Shown: positions 48,748-62,684, numbered from the whole stretch's first letter. The stretch is 63,647 bases of DNA, filler included, from Craspedostauros australis (GCA_030167865.1; 7 parts of 7 records of this genome joined end to end with filler, not necessarily neighbours in it), one strand, 5' to 3'. The notes: generated from the sequence alone by a model not told the origin. Numbers and translations are program-made.

Positions 48748-51700
48748 TAGTCAGCCACAACCAGGCACAGTCCAGCTCGAACAACAACGGACCCGACAAC
48801 CAAGAGGAATTGAGGTCGGACGGATCAACTTCTCAACAACAACACATAGGGCAAACCACCCAGCCCAAACCAAAAGGCCACATCAGGATAGCGACCCTCA
48901 ACATCGGAAGCTTACCACCGGACCCCACGGAACCCAAAAACGACGACCTATGGCAGTTCACACGCCAACACCACATCGACATACTACTCATCACGGAGGT
49001 CGGACTCAACTGGAACCAAGTTCCCACAGATACCACACTTGCACACCGAGCGGAGCGGCACCTGCGCATGGTGAAAACCAGCACATCACACTACCGGACC
49101 ACAGCCCGCAATCCTCGTCAGTGGGGCGGCACGGCAGTACTCATCCACGGCAACGCCACCGGCAGAGTGCTGTCACGCAGCAACGACCCCAACCAAAGCG
49201 GGCGATGGGCAAGCATGCTGCTGCAAGGCAAGCAGGGCATCANNNNNNNNNNNNNNNNNNNNNNNNNNNNNNNNNNNNNNNNNNNNNNNNNNCCCAAACC
49301 AAAAGGCCACATCAGGATAGCGACCCTCAACATCGGAAGCTTACCACCGGACCCCACGGAACCCAAAAACGACGACCTATGGCAGTTCACACGCCAACAC
49401 CACATCGACATACTACTCATCACGGAGGTCGGACTCAACTGGAACCAAGTTCCCACAGATACCACACTTGCACACCGAGCGGAGCGGCACCTGCGCATGG
49501 TGAAAACCAGCACATCACACTACCGGACCACAGCCCGCAATCCTCGTCAGTGGGGCGGCACGGCAGTACTCATCCACGGCAACGCCNCCGGCAGAGTGNT
49601 GTCACGCAGCAACGACCCCAACCAAAGCGGGCGATGGGCAAGCATGCTGCTGCAAGGCAAGCAGGGCATCAAAGTCCGAGTGGTGTCCGTCTACGTTCCC
49701 ACGAAGTCAACACAAACCACCAGGACAGTCTACAATCAACAAGCAATCAAGGCAGCCCAACGAGGATCCAACCTGGAGCCGATAGACCTGCTCATTCACG
49801 ACCTGCAGACCCAGATATCGCTCTGGAAGCAAGCAGGAGAAACGATCATCGTAGGGGGTGATGTGAACATGGACATCAGAAGGTCCAAAATATCGACAAT
49901 GCTCCAGTCCGAAGGCATGCATGAACACCATTCCAAACAGATCAACCACCCATACGCCACAATGATCAGGAACACCAGAGGAATCCCAATCGACGGCATA
50001 TGGACCACGAGTGACATACGCCCATCTCAGCTCGGCCTCACAGCCTACAGCGGCTGGGACCACAGAGCGGTGTGGATGGACNNNNNNNNNNNNNNNNNNN
50101 NNNNNNNNNNNNNNNNNNNNNNNNNNNNNNNACGAGGATCCAACCTGGAGCCGATAGACCTGCTCATTCACGACCTGCAGACCCAGATATCGCTCTGGAA
50201 GCAAGCAGGAGAAACGATCATCGTAGGGGGTGATGTGAACATGGACATCAGAAGGTCCAAAATATCGACAATGCTNCAGTCCGAAGGCATGCANGAACAC
50301 CANTCNAAACAGATCAACCACCCATACGCCACAATGATCAGGAACACCAGAGGAATCCCAATCGANGGCATATGGACCACGAGNGACATACGCCCATCTC
50401 AGCTCGGCCTCACNGCCTACAGCGGCTGGGACCACAGAGCGGTGTGGATGGACATCGTCGCAGCCAGCCTACTCGGACCCTCCAAACAACCCACCACGCC
50501 ATTCAGAGGACGGAGGCTACAGCTCAACCAACCAGCGACAGTGCGCAGGTATACAGAAGAGTACACCGAACAGGCCAACAACAAACGGCTACGAGCACGC
50601 GCGGAAGCACTCAACTCAGACATCGGAGAAGGTCCCATCACAACAAAGCAAATTCGCGAACTCGAAGCCATCGACAAAGACCGAACCCAGGCCATCCTAC
50701 ACGCAGAACGTCACTGCCGCCGAGTACGCGCAGGTGCAGTCCCATTCTCGCCAGCACTGTCGAAAATACACTGGGAGCACAGGTTTTGGACCCTCAGCAT
50801 AAAGCGTAGGAAAGGGCACAACATCAAAGGGCGCACCGTCGACAAAGCCAGGAAAAAGGCACAGCTCTCAGCACTCACCCGGCATATAACCCTGGCAGAG
50901 ATGGGTAGACGCAGAAACGATGCATGGCGCCGTTACCGACAAGCGAAACAAGACGCCGCTAACCACCGGAGGACTTTCCTCGCAGACGACGAAGCTGAAG
51001 TCTCCAGAACAGGCAAGGATACCGTAAAATACCGAGCCCAAATCCAGCAAAGAGAAGACACGCGAGCGGCCTACAGGCGCATCGGCTGGGCACTAAAGGC
51101 GAACGGCGAGGACTCCCAAGTGTCCATCGTTATTGATGACGGACCAGGAGGGCAAGGGAATCTCCTCACATCCGGAGAAGACGTGGCCAGAGCATGCTGT
51201 AACAACAACATCGACAAATACAGCCAGGCCTGGCGAGCTGAGGTCTGCCAACGACCATTGAAGCGCAGCCTTGGCCGATTCGGCACCAGCGCGGCGGCCA
51301 CAGCCATCCTACACGGCATCGTCCCATCGCAGATCAATGCCAACACCAATGAAGTGCTCCAAGCTCTGCACCAACCTCCACAGGCAAGCCCATGGCCCCG
51401 GCTGAACACNACCATCACCCATGAAAGCCACTCCGAAGGATGGTCACGCATCAAAGAGAGCACGTCTTCCGGGCCGTCTGGAATCCACTTTGGGTGTTGG
51501 AAGGCCAACGCGAAGGTGCCAGAGCTTGCTCTCATCGACGCCATACTGCGTGAGATCCCTTACCGCACGGGCTACAGCCTCCAGCGATGGCAACAGTGCA
51601 CCGACATACAGCTGAGGAAGAAACCGGGCAATCTCGCAGTCACCAAAACAAGGACGATTGGNNNNNNNNNNNNNNNNNNNNNNNNNNNNNNNNNNNNNNN

Positions 51701-54318
51701 NNNNNNNNNNNATCGCAGATCAATGCCAACACCAATGAAGTGCTCCAAGCTCTGCACCAACCTCCACAGGCAAGCCCATGGCCCCGGCTGAACACAACCA
51801 TCACCCATGAAAGCCACTCCGAAGGATGGTCACGCATCAAAGAGAGCACGTCTTCCGGGCCGTCTGGAATCCACTTTGGGTGTTGGAAGGCCAACGCGAA
51901 GGTGCCAGAGCTTGCTCTCATCGACGCCATACTGCGTGAGATCCCTTACCGCACGGGCTACAGCCTCCAGCGATGGCAACAGTGCACCGACATACAGCTG
52001 AGGAAGAAACCGGGCAATCTCGCAGTCACCAAAACAAGGACGATTGGTCTCATGGAAGGTGACTTCAAAATGAACAATCGCCTTCTCGGCAAACAGGCCA
52101 GATCACACGCGGAGAGCAACGGGACCATCGCCGCTGAACAATATGGGAGCCGGAAGGCCCACACAGCCCAAGAAGTCCTGCTCAACACCACCCTCATCGA
52201 CGATATAGGCCGAGTCACCGGCCTCCACTACGCAGTCTGCTCCAACGATGCGAAGGGATGCTACGATCGAATCGCCCACCCCATATTCGGCTTGGCCCTA
52301 CGACAACAGGGAGTGCCAGCAGCGCCCATCGAGAGCACCCTGCGCACTTTGCAGGCAATGACTCACCGCATACGCACCGCTGCAGGCACGTCGACTGCTT
52401 CGTACTCAGGCAAGCAGCGAGGCCAATTCCTCCAAGGTTTAGTCCAGGGGTTGGGATCCGCGCCAACAGGCTGGTTGCTGATCAGTTCAGCCATCATCGA
52501 CAGCATGCGCCGCCGCGGGTACGGACTCAGCCTCCCAGATCCCATCACCAATGCCGGCCACGTCATCACAGGGACCGCCTACGTCGACGACACCAACGTG
52601 ATGCAGAGCCTGCAAGCAGACAACCCCAATGCGCAGGCCACAGCCTTCCAAGCGTCAGTCGATCATTGGGACAATCTACTCACTGCCATGGGCGGAGCTC
52701 TAGAACCGACAAAGAGCTTCTGGCAGCTGATCCGATTAAAGTGGCACAGAACACAATGGACCTACGACCTATCTACTCCTACCACCGGAGTCCACATGAA
52801 CTCCCCAGACGGCCAGCGCATCCAGTTGGCACTGACGGGTCCTCGAACCGCAGCCAAATACCTGGGGATGATGTCTCGAAGAGACAGCAAGCAAACAGAG
52901 CACGCCAGCTACCTCCTCAACAAATCGAGGGAGTGGGCGGAACGCATCAGGACGTCCCGGATCAGCAAACAGGACACGGAAATCGCCCTCAAGTCCGTGC
53001 TGTGGCCGTCGTTGACCTACTCCGCTCCTGCCACCACCATGTCTCCAGCCCAGTGGCGCACAGTGATGAGCACCGCCCTGGCCGCGGCTCTTCCGTCCAT
53101 GGGTATCGCCCGGACAATCGCCAGGGAGTATGTCTTCGGCCACGTCGACACCATGGGCATGGGGGTGCACAATCTGCACACGGTGCAAGTCATCTCCCAT
53201 CTTTCCATGGTGATGCAACACTTCGAGCAAGACACGGAAACAGGCCGGCTGCTGCGCTCCTCACTTCGACATCTCGAACTGTGGACCGGACTACCAGGGC
53301 GGCTGCAACAGCATGAACGTGAATGGAAGACCTGGACGGCCGCAACGTGGTGGCAAAACACCTTCCACACCGCCTCACAGCTCGGCATCGTCATGACAGA
53401 CCAAAGCAGTGCTGCCCGCCAACCGCGCCGAGGTGACGAGACAATCATGCACCTAGCCATTCAAGCAGGAGTCCCGACGACAACGCTAGATCTGGCTAAC
53501 GTCGCCCGCATACACCTCAGAGCGCTTTGGTTGTCGGACATCACCTCCGCCTGTGGCACACGCATCCTGCCCGACATCCTGCGACGATCCAGGCTGCCAC
53601 CAGGCACCACCACGTGGCCCAAGACGGGGACCGTAACCCGGACAGCGTGGGAAGCTTGGGAACATGTGCTGGCAACTCTGGTGGCCGCAGACAGACCAGG
53701 TTGGCATGTGCAGGCGACCCTCGGTCTGTGGTACCACGCGCCCTCACGCCGCGCTGCTCAACTCCCAGACGGAACGATCAGGCTACCAGGCCAGGCGAGA
53801 GCCCAAGACACCAACGGCCCCCTCCCAACGCATGTGGTCGACAGATCTGCTCGGCGATCCGGAGCGGCCACCACAGCATCCGGGGGCATTCAAGCCCGCG
53901 CCAACCCGACCTCCATTCGTGCTTGGCTACACCACAAAGGCCCCGCAGCCATCGCCATGCTACCAACGCTGCAGATCCAAGGCGACGTCCACCAAATCGT
54001 TCAGTCGATCACGACCGGCACATGCGCAGCCTGCAGCGATGCATCAGCGAAGCACAGCAAAGGCGCAGCCGCAGCAGTCATCCAAAGTGCGGTCGGAGAC
54101 GACACGCACCAGATCGTCGCCACATCAGCGGTTCCCGAAGGGTCGCACCCGACAGACTCCAACCGGGCCGAGCTTGCTGGAGTGCTCATGTCCATATGGG
54201 TGGTGACTTCCATTGCAGAGTGGGCAGGTGTGACTGGCGGCGCCACCATCGCGTGCGACAACGACAGGGCGCTCAGGTCTGTGACCACTTCCCAGTGGCC
54301 CGACCCCAGGCGGCCCGA
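48744..54318 (+). CDS. Non-LTR retrotransposon ORF2: AP endonuclease, reverse transcriptase, RNase H (Ambal-like); at least ~1460 aa with no stops after collapsing gap duplications, 3'-truncated
   Basis: APE: IRIATLNI, LITEVG, VSVYVP, IVGGDVN, PIDGIW, DHRAV. RT: QYGSRK, SNDAKGCYDRI, QGLGSAP, AYVDD, KYLG. RNase H: CSDAS, SNRAELAG, IACDN. Confidence 0.92.
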
Positions 54319-54418
54319 NNNNNNNNNNNNNNNNNNNNNNNNNNNNNNNNNNNNNNNNNNNNTTAATTAATTAANNNNNNNNNNNNNNNNNNNNNNNNNN
54401 NNNNNNNNNNNNNNNNNN

Positions 54419-57400
54419 ATGTTCGCGGGCTTCGGTTTCGTGCGCTGATATGAAGCGGACATGTACTGCTTCACTCGCATTGGGTTCACGTGTACCCGTG
54501 CACACCAGTCAGTCTTCATTTCCGTGGTCTCCATGCACCGCCGGTATCCCTCGTACTCCGTTGGCCTGTTCTTCGGATCCGCACGTGCCACTCTGCAAAC
54601 CTCTTCCAGCACGTTCACAAGGTAGGGGCGAATGGGCTCGTTTCGTCGTACAGCTTTTGCAGCCCAGCCAGGTTCAGCCAATCGCGGGTGTTCTGTTGTT
54701 GCTGTGGTGTCCTGTAGCACAGTACTTACATCAGGGGTCTCCAAGGCTGCCATGTTGATTGCTTCGAGGTACGTCAGTGCCTTGCTTTCGGTGGCACTCT
54801 TCGCAAACCTGAGAGTCTTTTTCTCCTTCCTCGGTGATGTTGCTGCGAGTGGCTCTTGTGTGGACTGGTGTTCTATCATGATAGGAACGTCAGAATTCAT
54901 GATGTTGTAGTCATCCCATTCGGTTTCCTCCACACGTACTGGAGCAGTGACATTTGAAGCTGCAAGCAAGTCTGCGTAGCCATTTCCGTGCCGGACCTCG
55001 TGGGTTGATCGCACATTCATGCCTTTTGCGCGGAACCTCATGCGTGAATTCGTCTTGTGCATCACACAGCGACCTTCCAAACCCGACGCNTCAACCAAGA
55101 CAGTTGTAGTGCCTCTGATATTTCCCATTTGCAATGCGTCGAAGATCTCATGTTCGGTTTGAATTTTGCCACCGCTTTGCACGTAGGATCGTAGTACGAT
55201 AGTGATGTAGGCGAAGTGAGTGTCGATTCGCCCTTTGCCGGTTTGGGCTTCTGTGTAGATCCAAATGATGAATTGGGGAAGCCCTTTGGCTGCTGCGTCC
55301 TTGTTAATCCGTGATGAGACAAGCGCGATGTGCTCATGGCTGGCGAAGCATCCCGCGTTGTCCGACTGCAGGATAATTTCTGTCACTGATGGCAGGAGAT
55401 CGCGTACCTTCTTCTGGATGATTTTGAGTAGTCCTCCAACTTGAAGCGTGTCTTGGGTGGGACGGCCATGAACAANNNNNNNNNNNNNNNNNNNNNNNNN
55501 NNNNTCATTTTTGCAAGTGACAATCATGACACCAAGCAGCGACATGCCCTTCTTGCCCCAGTACTCTGTCTGCGATTCTCCTTGTGCTGTTGGCAGAATC
55601 TTCTGCTTATGGTCGATGACGACATAGGCGCACTTATCGTTGTTGTTGATCTTGGCCTTGTACTTGTTCATCTGATTGAATTGAACCTTTGCTCGAACTC
55701 GGTGTGCCATGTATGCAGTGATCTCGTTGTTGAAGCCCGGTACCGCTTCCAGCATCGTGTGTAGTTCATCTGCGTGGTCGCTTAGATGATTGGCCTTGAG
55801 CGTCTCGATGAATGGTGCGACGCGATCATCCATGAAGCGCATCACTTGTCCACATCTGTCGCATACTTTGCCTTGTTGATCGTGAGCAATGAGAGGAAGG
55901 ACGTTGGCATCACGCTCTGTGGTTGCTGTAGGAGGATCAATGACAGTGCATGTCGTGTTGGTGCTGGCAAGCACTGTTGTGTTTTTGGTGCCAAGTGTAG
56001 ACTTAGCCTGCTTCATTGTTGAATCCTTGCGAAGGGCGAAATGAGCGCAGTGCATCGGGTCTTCTTCGCACTTGATCNGCATGTGCGACGCGGTATACTC
56101 CCACTTGAGGAATGTGATCATAAGGTCCAGATCGCGCAACAATGTCTCACAGGTTTGAATATACTCCACAGTTAGGTCGTCATGTCCGTCATCACCGTTG
56201 AACGAATCCTCGAGTAGGGTATTCAAGCGCACGAGCATCTCCTTCAGCGTCTTTGTTGCCATCCAGAAGTAGTTTTCAAAAGAGGAGAGACCAGTAATAA
56301 CTTTGCCTCTGCGTGTGAGCAGGCCTGTCATTGCTCGGAATGCTGGCTCGCCAACTGGATTGTTCGTCGTAGTCTTGTACATGTGGAACAGCTCGTCTAC
56401 GCTCGTTCCGCCACGTTCGAATACTGGCACGTTTTCAAATATCACCCCTCCCCACTTGATGTTGTGACAAAGGCCTGCCTTGTATGTGGTTGTGTTGCTG
56501 ATGAAGGACACCACACCGGCCAAGCTGTATGCGCTGACACGATAGTCGTGAACAGCAGCACCAAACACGTTGCCCTCGCGCAAGAGCTCATAGTAGTTGC
56601 GCAGAGTGAGGAGCTGGCCCCGCGTGATGGTGTATTGCTCTGGCAAGAGGCGAAGACGCTGATCGTCAGGAAGTTCGCTCTTGTGTCGCGAGAGGAGGTT
56701 AGTACATTGGCGTGGCGAGGCAGACATGGAGAGAATGCACCTTGCTGTGCGTGCAATGTTCTTCTCGCCGACAAGGCAAATTGTGTAGAGATTGGGAGCC
56801 AGCTTGATAGGCGGCAAGTCTACCCCTGCACGCACGAATGCCACCACCTGTTCCATCTGAGGAACTGGCAAGTTCATTGCCGGAATCAGTGCTTTCCACA
56901 GCGCATTGGAGGCCACCGCAAAGATCTTCTTTGCTTTGCTCCACACTTGCTTGTCAGATTTGCGCCCCAATACAAATCCGCAACGAGGAAAGTCGGCCAG
57001 CACAGTCGCAAGTTGTTTCACTCCGAGCTTCTGCAAGACCTTGTGCATGATTTGAAACGCATCTGTCTTGTTCATGTTGTGCTTGGGTTGGAATCTTCCA
57101 GAGTGAGATTTCCCGCTCTTGACTCTCTTGCGTCCGTTGGGGCGGAAGGCTTTGTCGTCGCTAGCCTTGCGGTGTTGCATGCGCTTGCCTTTCGTTGCTG
57201 GTTGGATAGTCGGTGCGGGAAGGGGTGCGGGAAGGAGTGCAGGGAAAGTTGGAGGAGTTGGGACACAGACTTTGACCTGCACTTTTGTCCCGGCGTTGGA
57301 GCCCTGTCCAAAGGCCTGCACTGTGACCTTGGAGGTGTCAAGAATCATGCCGTTGTCGGTGGTGATGTGCACGCGAACAAAGAGTTTCTTGTTCGTTGCG

Positions 57401-57699
57401 TGGAGTGTGCGATTCTCGTCATTGTTGGTTTGGATCTGAACGTCACACTCGTAGTCGAAGGTCGCGCCTTTCAGCACAGGAGGCAAGAACTTGTCTGTTG
57501 TAGATGTCGCAGTGTGCTGCTTACCATCTACATCCAGCGGAGGCAACAGCTTCTCAGCAGCAGATGGCACAAACAGTTCTTTGTGATCAATCGGATTGGA
57601 TGGGAAGGGGTGCACGGATGGAGTGGATGGCAAACGCTGCTTCTTGGAAGGAGAAGGATTGGCATTCTTGGACGCAGCTTTCATAGTAGAGACGGGCAT
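54419..57699 (-). CDS. Sola3-like DDD transposase, ~1090 aa, 3'-truncated by a gap
   Basis: VVIDHKQKILP..ESQTEYWGKKGMS, QD, LQSDNAGCF, EAQTGKGRIDTHFA; upstream HCAHFAL..CDRC and YMAHRVR. These match Sola3-type motifs (D.xMK.LP..E.Q..W.GK.G; SDNAG; GK..D). Confidence 0.8.
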
Positions 57700-58993
57700 T
57701 GCCTTATACCAGAAGACGATTGAGGGATAATTGTAGATTATGATTACCTTCCTTCCTTCTTGCCTCCACCTGCTCTACTTTGCGTTACTCCACAAGTAGC
57801 GCACTCTGCCATGCCGCCTCTGCTTAATCCGTGCCTGTTCCAAGAACCACGCCTGAATTCCAAACCTGCGCCACCTGGTCGCCCATTTATTTGCTTCCAT
57901 GTTTTGGCGTCAAGTTTTGGTGGTCGCATGTTTCCATATGTTGACATCGCAGATACGACTGAGTCCAGTCTGGCATGGTTGGACTCGACTGACTTGTCTC
58001 AGTTACGGACGTTACCGGACTCGATCCAGTACTGACAACAGTAGATACATGACTGGACTGAATTGGGAGACTAGGATATTCCAGCTAGTTTTCAGTCTAG
58101 GTCAGGCATGATGCTGATTGGTACTGATGGGTAGATGGAGAAGACTACTAGTGATGGAAGTGGACTGAGCAGGAGGGGTGCAAGAAGGTGACGATACAAA
58201 CACTACATGAACATGCAACAAGCACCGCACACCACCACAAAAAGCAAAACTCGATTTGGTGGCAAAATGTGAGGAGATTCGCGACCTGTGACGAGAGTCA
58301 GATTTTGAATTTGAATGGTAACGCCTCGTAACGTCTAGTTATTTAAAAAACGTGTTCGGACAGGCCGAACAATGACGTCGCTGAAATGTCAAATTCCGTA
58401 CGCAACCCGTCAAAAAAAGTTCTTTCCCGAACGTGTCTGCGCACATTGCGTTGTTTGCGTCGGAAAAGCTAATCAATGCCTTGCAATCATGACGGAGCAG
58501 CGTGCATATTCGACCAAGTGGACCGTAAATCTACAAATATGGATAAAAATTAAACCAAGACATTAAACCAAAATCGGCGTCCACTATGATTCTTATATTT
58601 GTTTCTAGTTTATTAATATGTGGGTGGCTTGGTCGAAAGCCCCGTATCTTCCCACCCCCTCAGGACCGACTGCAGGTCCCGTCACTCAAGTGGGTCCTAT
58701 CGACCAACCGAGCACGACCTCGGAGTGCCATCGCAACCCAAGACCAAATGAAGTACAACACGGTGTATTGCGAGGACCCAAATTGAATGAGGATGATGAT
58801 CATGACGAATTACACGGGAGATGCTGCTGACCCTGCAGCTTGCATTCTGACAGAACAGCATCTCGTCATCATCTCATAAACGGAGAGTTCAATCAACTCA
58901 ACAACGCAAACCAACTAAATCGACAACTAACGATTACCAATTTACCTCCAAACCAGAGCCCACGATCTCACCACTGCACACGCCGGTCTCACA

Positions 58994-59455
58994 GTGCTGA
59001 CATCTGGAACCAATATCACAGAGGGCAGCAACAGCGGAGCGATGCAGTCCGCCCGACGCAGCCTCATGAGATTGCACGATCTGTTGCAGACATTATCCAC
59101 CAGCCTCAAGGACCCATGGGTGTACGAAACGCTTGCCTACTTCAATGAGCAAATCGGAGATGACGACGCCGTGCTCGAGAATCTGATGAAGGAGTACCGC
59201 TCCTTGCAAACTATCCGTGGCTGGGAGAAGGACGATTACGAAGTCATCAAGGTCAGCAGGGTGGTGAAGCAGATCGTCGCGTTCCAAAGACAAACACCGA
59301 AGGACATTGCGAAATCCAAATTCCTGGTCCGTGGCGTCGTCAACCGCATCAAGGCGGCACGGGTGGATCTGCCGACGCACCCGACGGAGATCTCGGAACT
59401 GGAAAGCCTCCTGGCAGAACTGGATGAGCAAGGCAGACAGCACCAGATAAACTAG
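58994..59455 (+). CDS. Hypothetical helical protein, probably a terminal exon
   Basis: 153-codon frame with host-like codon bias, preceded by an acceptor-like CTCACAG; no ATG at the track start and no recognised motif. Confidence 0.45.
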   Translation: MLTSGTNITEGSNSGAMQSARRSLMRLHDLLQTLSTSLKDPWVYETLAYFNEQIGDDDAVLENLMKEYRSLQTIRGWEKDDYEVIKVSRVVKQIVAFQRQTPKDIAKSKFLVRGVVNRIKAARVDLPTHPTEISELESLLAELDEQGRQHQIN

Positions 59456-60456
59456 AGAGCAGGAAAAGAGACGGCAATCTACTCCTTCGTGGGGATTCCT
59501 CTCTGGTTGCTGGTGTTGGCCGCCCTTGGACATGAGCGTATCCGCTCATCTCGTGGCAAAAGTGTTTCTCTGCATTGCACGAGCAGCAATGGAATGCACA
59601 AGTTGGTTCTANNNNNNNNNNNNNNNNNNNNNNNNNNNNNNNNNNNNNNNNNNNNTTAATTAATTAANNNNNNNNNNNNNNNNNNNNNNNNNNNNNNNNN
59701 NNNNNNNNNNNACTCCACTGCATTGCCCATCCGCCCTAAATCATGGCCATCCAGCCTACTTTTCTTTGCTGCAGCTGTATGGATTTGGTGGGGGAGTCGC
59801 GAACGCCAGAGAGATGATGGTGTCAACATGGCTTGGATCCAACACCTGATGTCGAACAGTGTGGACAAGACTATCCACAAATGTCNAACACAACCATCAA
59901 CCATGTTGTTGATCACAGCATCACTCTCCATCATCATCTCAGTCTGAGGATGCATTGAACTGGAACGCCTGTCAAGTATGTCCATGACACAGTTACTTCT
60001 ACAGAAGGTCAAAACCTCAGAATCCTGGATGGAACCCATCACTCTCCAATCTTCACGACAGTGGAAAGCTGGAATGCAACTGCTGGCCGATGAAGTGCCA
60101 ATAAAGTACACAAACAAAGCATCACTGCAAATACACAAAAAACATATGTAAAATGTGCATGGGTGCTCCTCCAACCAAAGCAAGCTCATGTGTGGTACAA
60201 AGTAGCTATTCTGCATCNATTGTGATGAGAGCATGGTGTGAGAGCCTGTACAAAGCAGAGAACACAAGAATTATGGTTTTGGTGTGAGGTGGAGTAAAAG
60301 CGTGAAGTCTCTGTCCACACAGATGGACAATATCCAGACTGTGACACCTGCTACAATTGATGGACTGGGATGACCAAACGATCCAAAAGTATGTAACTAC
60401 TCTAATCAGTTTCAGCCGCTGCTTGCTTCATGTTGCTGGCCACACAGGGACATCAC

Positions 60457-62640
60457 TCAGGAGATGTGGTCCCAGTGCCTCGTGAAGAGGGGCGGAGAGG
60501 TCTGCTTGGTAGACATGTNNNNNNNNNNNNNNNNNNNNNNNNNNNNNNNNNNNCAATGTGGTCGTTTTCCACCCAGTGTTGAACAGCAAAATGTCGAATG
60601 GCGCCGTGGCGTGTGCGACGCGAGGGCTGCTGTGCGTTGGCCATCATGAGCGCAATTCAGTTGTTCTCGTACAGCACCGTACCACATCGCTGAAGTACAC
60701 CAAGCTTGCCAAGGATGCAACGAATGCATAATGTCATGCGACCAGCATCGGAAGCACAGAGAAGTTCAGCCTCTGTGCTGGACATGGCGACCGTGATCTG
60801 CACTCTCGGTTTCCATGCGATGGCAGCAGCAGCAAGATGGAAAACGATGGACGACACTAACTGTTGTTGCTGAGTGTCCATGGCCCAATCACTGTCAGCA
60901 TACCTTTAGAGGAAATTGGGTTGTTCTGCTGGATGGCCAAATACATCATCATGTGCTGGCATTTGCTTGGCTGGAACAGGCATGGGCGGTAGTGCAGGGA
61001 CAGCGTCAGTGCAATGTAGCGCGATGCCTTGAGCGGGAGTGCGGAAGAGATATCAAGAAACCTGCTTGGCGACAGCGAAATGATCTATGGCCAGCCTTGC
61101 CAAGAATTGCAAAAGTTTCACGATGGGAAAAGCGATGGCTGGCCTACAGGTGATCATGGGACAGATGAGTTTGCCAACAGCCTCACAATAGCATTCAATG
61201 TCTGCCTGTGCCTGCTTGAGACCAAATGTATCCAAGGCTTCAGAATCGTCCAGCTTGCGTATGTGCGTATTGCCATAGTTGAGATTCAATAAGGGACAGA
61301 CTATTACCGGACACGGTATCAACCCAATTGGAGAAATTCTTGTTTTGGCGCGAAATCTTCCGACTTGATTGACCACCAAATCTTTTCTCCTCCTTTCTCT
61401 CCTCCATTCACGAATCCATCATGACTCAAGCATTACCAACCTGACTCACACCCTACCTTGGGAACTATTTGCTCCTCAGATCCTCTTACTACAACACACC
61501 TCGATTCCCTCCATGCTGATGACCACTACACTACCGCCGTGGCTCTGACGTGTGTATCCAACTTGCTTCAACCCAAGCAATGGAATCCGAGGGTCAGCTC
61601 CAGCCACAGCCACTGCTTCATGACCACCTCAATCAGCTGTCATGATCTACACTGCAGTATGTCTATGTGTACGGAGAGCAAGGCACTGTAATGATCGCCT
61701 ACCCTGTTGCACTGAACCAAGTACATCAGTGCAGGGTCTCGCCAAGTTGTGTGGCATCGTTTCTTCACCCTACTAAAACTACAAGCTAACTCATATAACA
61801 AAGACAAGGATTAGCTACAAAGCACCCTACTACTCATCGTTACAGTTAACTCTTCAATCAGTGCACCTCTCTTGAACTGCATCACACGACTATCCCGAAG
61901 TCGGCAGATCCAAGAGACATTCTCCACCGATTCGCGCCGACTACGCCCGAATCCTAACTGCCATCATCCATTGGAGTGAGCACACCATTCATCTTCTTCT
62001 GCTCATTCCATTTGAAAACTTTGTTGAGATGTGTACTATATTTTGGATGGAGACATGTGTGGCGGTTTGGATCAGATCTGCACCAATGAAGTGTTGGAGA
62101 ACGCTGAATCATTTCATGGGAATGAACAGGAACGAATCCAAGCTCATCGCAGATCATGGAGCAAGCCACTACATTGCTGCATGCAATGGCAAAGTCATCA
62201 ACCTGACATAGAAAGAGCATGTTGTGTTCTTTGTAAGCGCCGTGGCATAGGCATAGAGCATGCGTGGTGGGCCTGAAACCCATGCGCTACAGCTGTGCAT
62301 CGATGTGCACCGCCCACTGCCATAGTGCTCAGGAATGACCCTGAAGATTCTTGCTGATGAGAGTCATGCAGCCACACGGAATGGGTACGCGTCCTTACGA
62401 CTGCCACCAGTCAGCAAAGGGGCTGTCAACATGCATGAAGTACTTCTGTGCACCACAAGAAGCCTCAGCAAATGCATTGTAAATGTCAGCGCCATAGATG
62501 GTCTTGTTCTCCATGGTTGTGACAGCAATGAACAGCCAGAAATCCGTAGCAGCCAGAGTAGCCGTGAACGTGTGCCCTGTGATTGCTGCCTTGCCTGTTG
62601 GAATGTACATATGTGTATGTGCATCGCTCACCCATTGTTC
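60457..62640 (-). pseudogene. Degenerate Ty1/copia (CoDi-like) RT-RNase H, frameshifted and interrupted at 61277-61959
   Basis: YGADIYNAFAEA, GFRPTTH, QVDDFAIAC, EAVGKLI..ITCRP.I.F, AMSSTEAELL..DAG, YENN and RRTRH..IRHFAVQHWV lie in shifting frames. Confidence 0.88.
61277..61959. mobile_element. 683-bp non-coding insert (solo-LTR-like) with AGT...ACT ends and a 5-bp TSD GCCAT
   Basis: Ends AGTTGAGATTC and GAATCCTAACT form a 9/11 inverted match; GCCAT at 61272-61276 and 61960-61964. Removing it restores copia TPMDDGNTHIRKLD. Confidence 0.82.
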
Positions 62641-62684
62641 TCTTATGCTCTACGCACAAGCGGCGCAAACATTTGTGTTGTGAG

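Noticed and set aside
48864..50453. LINE with tandemly duplicated endonuclease domains
   Set aside because: The duplicates are exact and flank 50-N gaps, so they are unmerged contig overlaps.
56383..57723. Long antisense/alternate-frame ORFs (446 aa here; also 48479-49861, 52258-53316)
   Set aside because: They are shadows of GC3-rich coding frames and have no motifs of their own.
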